A stretch of DNA of 64,000 nt from Caulobacterales bacterium (GTDB taxonomy: Bacteria; Pseudomonadota; Alphaproteobacteria; Caulobacterales; Aquidulcibacteraceae). Both the position numbers and the translations under genes were made by a program. A model generated the notes under the pieces. That model saw nothing but the letters and a program-made list of their open reading frames with translations. It searched no databases and was not told the DNA's origin. The stretch covers positions 4,833 to 68,832 of the forward strand of contig DASZQK010000003.1 of assembly GCA_035549695.1 (NCBI GenBank), given 5' to 3'. Shown in pieces: positions 44,777 through 53,549 of the stretch; positions within the stretch are counted from its first letter, which is position 1; each line of letters opens with the position of its first letter.

Positions 44777-45982
44777 ATGGCCGATTATTTTTACACCAAG
44801 CACGGCGAGGGGCGCCGGCGCGGCGCCGGCTGGCGCGATTCGCGCCCGTTCGCGCTGCTGGCCAATGATTTGCGCGACGCGCGCCCTGGCGACCGCTTCG
44901 CCATTGGCTTTCCGAACTTCGGCGAAAACCCCGTGGATTGGACGGGCGCCAATCTCGTCGTGCAGCGGTCCGGCGCGCCGGGACGGCCCATACGCATCGA
45001 GGCAGGTTATGGCGTGGGGCAAGCGGAGCTTCGCGCGGCCCGCGGCGCCGGCGGCGCTTTCTTTCTCGCGCCGAACTCGATGCGTGCGCGCGTCGGCGCG
45101 CCGCTCCGGATCAACGGCGCGTCCTACGTGGAAGTGTCCGGGCTTCGCGTCGACGGCGCATCCGCGGACGGCGTGATCAAGTTCGGGCCCGGCGCCTCCA
45201 ACAATGTCGCGCTGCGCGGTTTCAGCGTGCGCAATGCCGGGCGCGCGATCGAGACTGATCGAGGCGCGCAGATACGCAATCTGCTCGTGGAAGATTGCGA
45301 CGCCTTCGCGCTCAGCCGCGGCTTCGCGCGCTTCTGGCAATTGGACCAATCGGTGCTTCGCAATCTCACGCTGGACGCCAATCGAGTCGATCTGGGCGGC
45401 GGCAACGTCACGCAGCTCATTGCGGTGGCGGCGGGAAGCGAGGTTCGCTTCGAAAATATCCAGTTCCGCAACGCGGTGAACACGCGCGATTACGTCCAGG
45501 GCGATGGGCTCGTCTGTGAGCGCGGCACGCGGCGCTTCGTTGTGCGCAATTGCCACGCCGAGGGTATGGGCGATGGCGGCTTTGATTTGAAGACGACGGA
45601 TGTCACGGTTGAGGATTGCACGGCGGCTGCGTGTAAGTACGGCCTGCGCATCTGGTCGATGGGGCGCAACGTCGTGCGCCGCTGCGTGATTCGCGATCCG
45701 CGGCGCTACGGTGCGCAAAGCGGCGCTTGTGTCGAGGCGCACGGACGCGCCGAGTTCACCGATTGCCAGTTCGAAGCTGGCGCTGGCGCCGCGATCTTCC
45801 GCTTGTCAACGGGCGGGGAGGGCCCCCCGGCGCTGCGCGTGACAGGCGGCGCGATCCGCCTCGAGAACGGAGCGGAGCTCGTGAGCGGCGATCGCGAGGG
45901 CGGCGTCGAGCTGGTGAATGTGGCGGTTAACGGGCATGCGCGCAGCGGACATTTCAGCGCCGGCCAAAGGCTCGGCGGATGA
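44777..45982 (+). CDS. Right-handed parallel beta-helix protein (pectin-lyase-like)
   Basis: Repeating beta-strand units (NVALRGFSV, NLLVEDC, EVRFENI, FVVRNC, VTVEDC), GDGGFDLK motif; no obvious signal peptide. Confidence 0.7.
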   Translation: MADYFYTKHGEGRRRGAGWRDSRPFALLANDLRDARPGDRFAIGFPNFGENPVDWTGANLVVQRSGAPGRPIRIEAGYGVGQAELRAARGAGGAFFLAPNSMRARVGAPLRINGASYVEVSGLRVDGASADGVIKFGPGASNNVALRGFSVRNAGRAIETDRGAQIRNLLVEDCDAFALSRGFARFWQLDQSVLRNLTLDANRVDLGGGNVTQLIAVAAGSEVRFENIQFRNAVNTRDYVQGDGLVCERGTRRFVVRNCHAEGMGDGGFDLKTTDVTVEDCTAAACKYGLRIWSMGRNVVRRCVIRDPRRYGAQSGACVEAHGRAEFTDCQFEAGAGAAIFRLSTGGEGPPALRVTGGAIRLENGAELVSGDREGGVELVNVAVNGHARSGHFSAGQRLGG

Positions 45983-47304
45983 AGATCCTAATCGCCAACT
46001 ACCGCTATTTCGTTTCAAGCGGGCCCGAAAGATATCTCTTCAATCTCAAGGCCCGCCTCGAGGCGGCCGGCCACACCGTCGCGCCGTTCTCCGTACGCTA
46101 TGCGCGCAACGCGGCGACGCCTTACGATCGCTATTTCGTGTCGCCGCTGGCTGGCGAGGACGAGGTGTATTTCGATCAGCACAAATCCTCGCTGCGCGCG
46201 CTGGGCAAGACCATGGCGCGCCTGTTCTATTCGCACGAGGTCGAACGCGCCGTCATGCGCATGGCCGATGAGGTGAAGCCGGACGTCGCCTACGTGCTCT
46301 ACTATCTGCGCAAGCTTTCTCCATCCCTGCTCGTGGGTCTGAAGAAGCGGCGCGTGCCGATCGTCGTACGTCTGTCGGACTATGGCATGTTCTGTCCGGA
46401 GCACCATTGCCTGCGGCATGGAGCGCCTTGCACGGCCTGTCTGACCGACGCAAGCGCAAGCGTGCGCTACGCCTGCGTCAAGGGCAGTCGTGCGATTTCC
46501 GCCGTCGACGCCGCAGCGACGGCCTTCCATCGCTGGCGGCGCTATTTCGATCTGATCGATGCGTTTGTCGTAACCAACACGTTCATGCAGAGCCTGATGG
46601 TCGAGGCCGGCGTTGCGCCGGAGCGGCTTTTTTGCGCGCCGACGTTCACTGACACCGAGGCATTTCATCCGCCGGCGGAAGATCGGCGCGACTACCTCCT
46701 ATGTCTGGGCCGGCTCGATCCGCCCAAGGGCGTCGAGGTGTTGATCGACGCAATGGCCCTGCTCAAGCGGCGCCTGGGTGCAAGCACGCCGCGACTCAAA
46801 ATCGTCGGCGCAGGACATCAGGCCGACTATGTCGCGCGTTTGCATGCACTCGCCGCGGAACGAGCCGTGACCGATGTCGTCGAGTTCTGCGGTGAAGCGT
46901 CGCCGAACGCCGCCGCGGATCTGTTCAGGGGCGCGCTGGCGACCATCATTCCCGCTGTTTGGTTCGAGAACCTGCCCAATTCGTTGATCGAGAGCATGGC
47001 GTGCGGCACGCCTGTCATCGCCTCGCGCATTGGCTCGCTTGCGGTTTCAGTCCGCGATGACGCGGACGGCCTGCTCGCGGACCCGGGAAGCGCGGCTGAT
47101 TTCGCGGCCAAAATCGAACGGCTCGTCGGCGACGCCGGCCTGCGCGCGCGACTCGGCGCGGAAGCGCGCCGCTCGGCGCTGACCCGGTTCTCAGCCAGCG
47201 CCCATGTCTCCCGGCTGCTCAATCTTTTCGCCGCCGTCGGCGCGCGGCCTGCGGCCCGCGCATCGCTCAACATAACCACACGTTCAATCGGAGAGGCTTC
47301 ATGA
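45979..47304 (+). CDS. GT4 glycosyltransferase
   Basis: GRLDPPKGV, ENLPNSLIESMACGTPVIASRIG. Confidence 0.92.
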   Translation: MKILIANYRYFVSSGPERYLFNLKARLEAAGHTVAPFSVRYARNAATPYDRYFVSPLAGEDEVYFDQHKSSLRALGKTMARLFYSHEVERAVMRMADEVKPDVAYVLYYLRKLSPSLLVGLKKRRVPIVVRLSDYGMFCPEHHCLRHGAPCTACLTDASASVRYACVKGSRAISAVDAAATAFHRWRRYFDLIDAFVVTNTFMQSLMVEAGVAPERLFCAPTFTDTEAFHPPAEDRRDYLLCLGRLDPPKGVEVLIDAMALLKRRLGASTPRLKIVGAGHQADYVARLHALAAERAVTDVVEFCGEASPNAAADLFRGALATIIPAVWFENLPNSLIESMACGTPVIASRIGSLAVSVRDDADGLLADPGSAADFAAKIERLVGDAGLRARLGAEARRSALTRFSASAHVSRLLNLFAAVGARPAARASLNITTRSIGEAS

Positions 47305-48278
47305 AAATCATGGTGACGGGCGCCAACGGCTTCGTTGGGATGGAGGCGGTGCGCCAGTTGTGGCGCGATCACGAGGTGCTGGCGGTCGATAGCCTGCGTT
47401 ACGGGCCGTGGCGGTTCTCCGAAGAGGAGATGCAAGGGTTCGACGTCGACGCCAGCGATCTGCGCGACCGCGCCGCCGTCGAGCGCCTGATGCGGACCTT
47501 CGAGCCGGACGCCATCATCCACCTGGCGGCGATCCATTTCATTCCCGAATGCGAGCGTCTGCCCGATGAAGCGGTGTCGATCAATATTCAGGCGACCAAC
47601 AATCTGCTCAATTCCGCGCCGCGGCGAAGCCGGTTCGTGTTCGCTTCGACCGCCGCCGTGTATGCGCCCAGCGACGTCGCGCATCGCGAAAGCGACATTC
47701 TCGGGCCGATGGACGTCTATGGCCACAGCAAGCTCGCCGCTGAGAATTTCGCGGAATATTTCATGTCGACGCGAGATTTCGAGGCCGTCATCGTGCGCCT
47801 GTTCAACGTGGTGGGGCGCGGCGAAACCAATCCGCACGTGCTCCCGGAAATCATCGCGCAGCTTCGGCGCGGCGAGCGGCGCCTTTCGCTGGGCAATATC
47901 CATCCAAAGCGTGACTACATCCATGTGAGCGACGCCGCGCGCGGGTTCATCGCGGCCGCCGTTCAGCCCTATCCGGCCGAACTCGGTTCCGTTCCGGTGG
48001 TCAATCTCGGCTCCGGCGTTTCTTATTCGGTGCGTGAGATGATCCATCTGCTCGAGGATGTGGTTGGCGCGCGCATCGCCGTGGAGATTGACCCGGCCAA
48101 GGTGCGCAAGGTCGACCGCCCGCAGCTTTTGGCCGACAACACGCGCATGCGCACGCTGTTCGATTGGGCGCCAGCGTACGATTTGCGCGCGGCTCTGGCG
48201 GAAACTTGGGCCGAGGCGCCGCGCAAGCGTCCCGCCGGCGTCGCCGAGACGATCGACGCTGCGCATCCGCAAGCTTAG
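47301..48278 (+). CDS. NAD-dependent nucleotide-sugar epimerase/dehydratase
   Basis: VTGANGFVG, HLAAIH, STAAVY, YGHSK, RLFNVVG, KRDYIHV. Confidence 0.92.
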   Translation: MKIMVTGANGFVGMEAVRQLWRDHEVLAVDSLRYGPWRFSEEEMQGFDVDASDLRDRAAVERLMRTFEPDAIIHLAAIHFIPECERLPDEAVSINIQATNNLLNSAPRRSRFVFASTAAVYAPSDVAHRESDILGPMDVYGHSKLAAENFAEYFMSTRDFEAVIVRLFNVVGRGETNPHVLPEIIAQLRRGERRLSLGNIHPKRDYIHVSDAARGFIAAAVQPYPAELGSVPVVNLGSGVSYSVREMIHLLEDVVGARIAVEIDPAKVRKVDRPQLLADNTRMRTLFDWAPAYDLRAALAETWAEAPRKRPAGVAETIDAAHPQA

Positions 48279-48328
48279 CCGGAACCATCGTGTTCGGTTC
48301 GCATTGTCGCGGCAAAGGAGCAGCGGCA

Positions 48329-49438
48329 ATGCGGATCGCGCAATTGGGAAGTCGCGGCATTCCGGGGCACATGGGCGGCGTCGAACGCGTGATCGAGGCG
48401 GTCGCGCCGCGTTTGGTCGAGCGCGGTCACGATGTCACTGTCTATTGCGCCGACTGGGCCCCCACGCGAGTGCGCGATTATCACGGCGTGACTCTGAAAC
48501 ACGTTCCGAGCCTCCGCCATCAGTATTTCGATACAATCGGCCGCTCCGCGCTGGCGACGTTGCGCGAGATCGTCGGCGCGTCGGACGTCGTGCACTATCA
48601 CGGCAGCGGGTCTGCGCCGCTTGCGCCGCTGGCGCGCCTTTTCGGCAAAAAGGTGGTCGTGACGGTCCACGGTCTTGATTGGCAGCGGCGAAAGTGGAAC
48701 TGGGCGGCGCAGCAGTTTTTGCAAGCCGGCGAATGGGCGGCGGTGAAAGCGCCGCATCGCACGATTGTCGTCGGTGAAGGTCTGCGCCGCGAATTGCGCT
48801 CGCGCTACGGCGCCGATCCGCAGGTCATTCCCAACGGCGCCGAGGCGCGCCCGAGGCGTGCGCCGGACAAGATCCGCGCGCACGGTCTCCGCGGCGACGA
48901 TTATTTTCTCTACCTCGCGCGGATCGTGCCGGAGAAGCAGCCGCATCTCCTGATCGAGGCTTTCCGCGCGATGGACGATCGGCGCGGGCTGAAACTCGTC
49001 GTCGCGGGCGCGGATTGGCATTCGAAGGACTACGCCGAGCGCGTGCGCAAGCTCGCCGCAGAAACAGACGATGTGCTGTTCCTCGGCGCGGTGGATGAAC
49101 CGACGCTCGAGGAGCTCTATTCGAACTGCCGGGCCTATGTGTTGCCTTCGGAAGTGGAGGGCATGTCGCTGTCCTTGCTCGACGGGCTGGCCTATGGGGC
49201 GTGCAATATTTGCAGCGACATCCCCGCCAACATCGAGGTCGTCGCCGACACGGGCCTGTTGTTCCGCTGCGGCGACGTCGGCGATCTTCGCGACAAGCTC
49301 GATCGCGCGGCGCGGGACGAAGCCGAGGTGCAGGCGAGGCGTCATGCCGCGCGACGGCGCATGAGCGAAGATCTCAGCTGGGACAGGATCGCCGACGCCT
49401 GGGATTCGCTTTACCGCGAATTGGCGCGCAAAAGCTAG
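48329..49438 (+). CDS. GT4 glycosyltransferase
   Basis: MRIAQLGSRGIPGHMGGVE, VHGLDWQRRKW, ARIVPEK, SEVEGMSLSLLDGLAYG. Confidence 0.92.
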   Translation: MRIAQLGSRGIPGHMGGVERVIEAVAPRLVERGHDVTVYCADWAPTRVRDYHGVTLKHVPSLRHQYFDTIGRSALATLREIVGASDVVHYHGSGSAPLAPLARLFGKKVVVTVHGLDWQRRKWNWAAQQFLQAGEWAAVKAPHRTIVVGEGLRRELRSRYGADPQVIPNGAEARPRRAPDKIRAHGLRGDDYFLYLARIVPEKQPHLLIEAFRAMDDRRGLKLVVAGADWHSKDYAERVRKLAAETDDVLFLGAVDEPTLEELYSNCRAYVLPSEVEGMSLSLLDGLAYGACNICSDIPANIEVVADTGLLFRCGDVGDLRDKLDRAARDEAEVQARRHAARRRMSEDLSWDRIADAWDSLYRELARKS

Positions 49439-49457
49439 GCCGCGCGCGGGCGCGCCT

Positions 49458-50378
49458 TCATGTGAGGGGGAAGCCGTAGCGGGCGATCATGTTTCGGATT
49501 TGCACATCGTTGGCGCCGTCGGGTGCGGCGTTGACGCGATGCAGCGAGAACGTCTGACTCGAAGGCCACGTGACCATGTCGCGGCGCGGGCCGACCCGGC
49601 GGACGAGAGCGCCCGCGCGCCGCACCATCCAGTAGAGCCAGATGTCGTCCGCCGTGGGACAAAGCCGGGTGAATGAGGTCACATCGCGCACATCGTCGTG
49701 CAGTGTTCCCGGCGGGAACAACACGCCGCCAATGCCAGTGGGAAAAAGCAGGGGCGAACTTTCACGCGCGCGCACGTCATGACGCCAGGCGCGATAGGGC
49801 AGGGGCAAGCCGGCGGCGTCCAGACCAATGCCATGCGCACGGTGGCATAGCGCCTCGCGCCGCTGCGGATCGTAGGCGGCGCACGCTTCTTCAAGCCAGG
49901 TCTCGGGGTAGTAGACGTCATCGTCCGCCGTGGCGACGAAAGCATCCGGAAATGCGGCCAAGGTCGGGATGATTTTCTTGAAGGAGCGCAGATCCTCGGT
50001 GAACTCAATCGTGAGCCCGTAACGCGTCAATGCACGCACGTCTTCCGGCAATTCGGGCGCGTCGCCGTGCGCGATCCAGAGGATGACATCATCGGCGGCG
50101 ACGGTTTGCGACAACAGGCATTTGAGCGTCGCGGCCAGCGTTGGAAAGCGCGGCGGAAACGAGGTCAGCGAAACCACGAGGCGTCCGGGCAGCGCGTGCC
50201 GCCGCGGTTGCGGACGCCGATCGGGCCAGGTCCAGTCGATTAGACGCTGCAGGCAGGCGCCCTTCAGCGCACGGGGGATGCTGCGCGGGCTGCGACGCAC
50301 GATCCCGGCCGCGCGCCGCGCCCGCGTCAACCAGTCCGAACCGACCGAGGCGCCAAGCGCCACGGTGCGATCATGCAT
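49458..50378 (-). CDS. GT-A fold glycosyltransferase (GT2-like)
   Basis: LVVSLTSFPPR, DLRSFKKIIP, TADDDVYY DxD, TGIGGVLFPPG, TADDIW. Confidence 0.85.
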   Translation of the reverse strand: MHDRTVALGASVGSDWLTRARRAAGIVRRSPRSIPRALKGACLQRLIDWTWPDRRPQPRRHALPGRLVVSLTSFPPRFPTLAATLKCLLSQTVAADDVILWIAHGDAPELPEDVRALTRYGLTIEFTEDLRSFKKIIPTLAAFPDAFVATADDDVYYPETWLEEACAAYDPQRREALCHRAHGIGLDAAGLPLPYRAWRHDVRARESSPLLFPTGIGGVLFPPGTLHDDVRDVTSFTRLCPTADDIWLYWMVRRAGALVRRVGPRRDMVTWPSSQTFSLHRVNAAPDGANDVQIRNMIARYGFPLT

Positions 50379-52530
50379 TGTAGTATCCCTTGCCGGCGTC
50401 GACGTAGTAGAGCGAATCCGAATGCGAATACCGGCCCGGAGCTCTGGGGTCGATGCAATTGAGCGCGACGCCGGTGACGCTCGCTCCGGTCGCTTCGATT
50501 TGGTGGATGGCGGAAGCCAAGGCGCGCGTCCGTGTCTTGCGCCAGCGTCCAAGCAAGATGACCATGTCGGAAAGAGCCACAAGCGCGCGGGTCTCGGCCA
50601 CGGCCAGCACCGGCGCGCAATCCAGCACGACAAGATCGTATTCCGCGGCGAGTTCATCCATCAGCTTCTTCATCGCCGGCGAACCGAACACGTCATGCAA
50701 GGGCGTATCGGTCGCGGAGAGGGGAAGCACGTGCGTGCCGGCGCCTTCGTCGCGCCCGATTACGGATCGCCAGTTTTGCTGGCCGGACAGCACTTCGAGC
50801 AGCCCGGCGCGGGGAGCGATGTCGAGAATGTCATTGAGCGAGCGGCGGCGCACATCGCAATCGATCAGAATCACCTTTTCGCCGGACATGGCCGCGACGC
50901 GGGCGAGGCAGAGCGCGGCCGTGGTCTTGCCCTCGCCCGGAAGCGCCGAGGTCACCGCGACGATCTTGTGGCCTTGCCGTCCTTGCGAATAGACGATCGA
51001 GGCGCGCAGCACGCGGAACGCCTCGGCGAAGGCGGAGAGAGGATTGGCGAGCAAGTAGCCGCTCGGATGGCGCTCGCGCAGAGGTAGGTTGCGCAGCACC
51101 TTGCGCGGCATCACGGGAATGGAAGCGACCGCCGGAAGGCCGACCCCCCGCTCGACATCATCGGCGCTGCCGAGCGTATCGTCGAATTGATGCACGAGCA
51201 TCCCGGCGATCAGGCCGACGACCAGGCCGAGTATCGCCGCGATGGCGAGCGAGAGAGAGAGTTTGGGCGAGGCTGGCGCGGCCGGCGGCGTCGCCAGAGA
51301 CAGAAGCCGCGTCGACGGCGTTAGCACGCCTTGGTCGGATATCTCGTGCGCGCGCTGGAGAAAGCTCTCGTAAACGGCGCGCGCGCCCGCGGCTTCGCGA
51401 TCGAGCTCGTTGAGCTGCACTTGGTCCGCGCCGTTGTTGAGCAGCCGGCCCTGGACGGCCGCCAGATGGCCCTGCAGCGAGGCAAGGCGCGCCCGCGCCA
51501 CTTCCTCTTCGCTCTCGAGGCTTGAGGAGATGCGGGCGATCTCGCTGCCGATCTGCCGTTCGATGTCGGCGCGCTCGGCGCGCACGTTTTGCAGCGCCGG
51601 ATGGGCGTCGCTGTAGCGCGATTCCATGTCCGCCTGACGCCGCGCGACGTCGGCCTCGCGGGCGCGAAGATCGCGGATGGTCTCTGAGCTGATCACGCCG
51701 GCGATCATATCGGGCGAACTGCCCGACGAGATCATGGAGCGGACTTGCCGGTAGCGCGCCTGCTTTTCCGCAAGATCGGTCTGCGCGTTGGTGACGGCGA
51801 TCTGCGCGTCGCGAATCTGCTGTTCGGTCAGTGTCGCGCCTTGCGCCGTCAGCAGGCCGTGCTGGGCCCGATAGGCTTCGGCGGCGGCTTCTTTGGCGTT
51901 CAATTCGACGCGCAATTCCTGCAGGCGCTGCGAAAGCCACGCGCTCGCCTGCTGCGAGGCGCGCTGTCCTTGTTCGATCTGTTCGAGTTGATAGAGGCTG
52001 ATCAGCGTATTGGCCATCAGCGCGGCCTTGGCGGCGCTGCGCGCCGTCACCTTGACGTCGATGACGTGGGTCATGCCGTTGCGGTGGGCGTCGATGGCGC
52101 CATGGACGCGTTCGATCACGGCTGGCGTCAGCGGCGCATTGGCGCCGCGTACGGCCGCCTTGTTCCACTCCGGATCGTTGTTGAGATGGAGAGCCTGCGC
52201 CAAGCGCTCGGCCATATGTCGCGAATTAAAGACTTCCGCCTGCGAGTCCACGAAAGTCGAATCCGGCGACACGTCGCTGAGCTGCTGTTGAGGGTCGACG
52301 ACGCGATCCTGGCGCGGATCGATCATCACCTGCGCTGTCGCTTCGTATTTTGGCGGCTGCATCAGCAAATAGCCCGCCACGCAGACGCCCACCGCGGCTG
52401 CGACCGAAAGAATCACGCTGGCGCGCCTTTGCAGCACCTCGACAATGCCGGAGAGGCTGAGCTCGTCGTTCTGCATCGCGCCGGAGGGTTGGCGCGCGAT
52501 GGGCAACGGATCATAAGTGGCGATATTCAT
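50371..52530 (-). CDS. wzc: Wzc/GumC polysaccharide co-polymerase with BY-kinase domain
   Basis: Two TM helices around a coiled-coil periplasmic domain; FAEAFRVLR, Walker A TSALPGEGKTT, LIDCDVRR, VLDCAPV, Tyr-rich tail (YSHSDSLYYVDAGKGYY). Confidence 0.93.
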   Translation of the reverse strand: MNIATYDPLPIARQPSGAMQNDELSLSGIVEVLQRRASVILSVAAAVGVCVAGYLLMQPPKYEATAQVMIDPRQDRVVDPQQQLSDVSPDSTFVDSQAEVFNSRHMAERLAQALHLNNDPEWNKAAVRGANAPLTPAVIERVHGAIDAHRNGMTHVIDVKVTARSAAKAALMANTLISLYQLEQIEQGQRASQQASAWLSQRLQELRVELNAKEAAAEAYRAQHGLLTAQGATLTEQQIRDAQIAVTNAQTDLAEKQARYRQVRSMISSGSSPDMIAGVISSETIRDLRAREADVARRQADMESRYSDAHPALQNVRAERADIERQIGSEIARISSSLESEEEVARARLASLQGHLAAVQGRLLNNGADQVQLNELDREAAGARAVYESFLQRAHEISDQGVLTPSTRLLSLATPPAAPASPKLSLSLAIAAILGLVVGLIAGMLVHQFDDTLGSADDVERGVGLPAVASIPVMPRKVLRNLPLRERHPSGYLLANPLSAFAEAFRVLRASIVYSQGRQGHKIVAVTSALPGEGKTTAALCLARVAAMSGEKVILIDCDVRRRSLNDILDIAPRAGLLEVLSGQQNWRSVIGRDEGAGTHVLPLSATDTPLHDVFGSPAMKKLMDELAAEYDLVVLDCAPVLAVAETRALVALSDMVILLGRWRKTRTRALASAIHQIEATGASVTGVALNCIDPRAPGRYSHSDSLYYVDAGKGYYNA

Positions 52531-52619
52531 GCCGGGACTCCGCGAATGGCGTTCGGCAAGCGCGGGCACAGCGACGCGGGCGCGCGGGCGAGAAAATCGA
52601 ATGACATGTCGTCCCCTGA

Positions 52620-53393
52620 CTATGCTCGCGAATATCCGGCCGTTCTTGCCGTGAGAAACGAAACAGACGTTCCCTCAAGCCGCGCCGCGGTTAAGACGCC
52701 GGTCGCATAGGCGCCGGTGTCGATCGCAATGCGCGAGCCTTCTATTGTTGGCGCGCGCACAGGCGTGTGCCCGTGCACGACACAATGGCTCGTGGGTTTT
52801 GTATTCTGCAAAAAGCGATCGCGGATCCAAAAGAGATCGCTGTCGGTCTGGTCCTTGAGCGGCTTGGCGGGGTCTATGCCCGCGTGGACGAACAGATAGT
52901 CGCCGGCCTCCACATAGCGCTCGAGCTCGGCCAGGAACCGCGCATGCGCCTTCGGCATGCGGTCGCGCAGCGCTTCGCCGGCGTCGGCGATCGCCGCCGG
53001 ATTGTTGGCGCCGGGGGGCGGTGGACGCACGCCGTAGGAGGCAAGCGTGTTGGCGCCGCCATGGGCGAGCCAGGTCCGCGCGCGCACCGGATTGCGGCAG
53101 AAATCGAGCATCAATTGCTCATGGTTGCCTTTCAGGAACCGGCGCTCGAAGCCGAAGGGCCTGCCGGCGAGCAGAAGGTCGAGGACGTCTTTGCTATCGG
53201 GGCCGCGGTCGATGTAGTCGCCGGCGAACACGACCATCGGCGTATCGCTCGCTTCGCCTTCGGCCAGCTGCTCAAGGTCGCGCAGCAGCTTTTCCAGAAG
53301 ATCGGCGCGTCCATGCACGTCGCCGACGGCGAAACCCAAACGTCCGGCGGGAAATGCCGGGAGACGCTTGGCTCGTGACTTTGAAATCCGCAT
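52620..53393 (-). CDS. PPP-family (PrpA-like) protein phosphatase
   Basis: VGDVHG, GDYIDRG, LKGNHE, FVHAG, VHGHT, IDTG. Confidence 0.92.
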   Translation of the reverse strand: MRISKSRAKRLPAFPAGRLGFAVGDVHGRADLLEKLLRDLEQLAEGEASDTPMVVFAGDYIDRGPDSKDVLDLLLAGRPFGFERRFLKGNHEQLMLDFCRNPVRARTWLAHGGANTLASYGVRPPPPGANNPAAIADAGEALRDRMPKAHARFLAELERYVEAGDYLFVHAGIDPAKPLKDQTDSDLFWIRDRFLQNTKPTSHCVVHGHTPVRAPTIEGSRIAIDTGAYATGVLTAARLEGTSVSFLTARTAGYSRA

Positions 53394-53447
53394 GCCGCCG
53401 GTCCCGGAACATGCGCGCCACCGAGTGAGCGCGCACCCGCTCGGCGA

Positions 53448-53472
53448 AACGTTCGCAGGCGCCGCATGTTCC
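53448..53472 (-). promoter_or_regulatory. EcfG/sigmaT-type promoter of phosphatase-wzc-GT2 unit
   Basis: Minus strand GGAAC (53472-53468)-N16-CGTT (53451-53448). Confidence 0.78.
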
Positions 53473-53549
53473 GAGATGAGAAACAACTCATTAACCGCAC
53501 GGCGGTTTGCGCGCTCTCATCCAGCCTTTTGTTATTCTGGAGGGGAACT

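Noticed and set aside
53405-53473. 11-bp inverted repeat CGGAACATGCG/CGCATGTTCCG as a MITE/REP or riboswitch
   Set aside because: No second copy seen in the window, no target duplication; one arm is explained by the EcfG -35 element and the other GGAAC lacks a matching -10.
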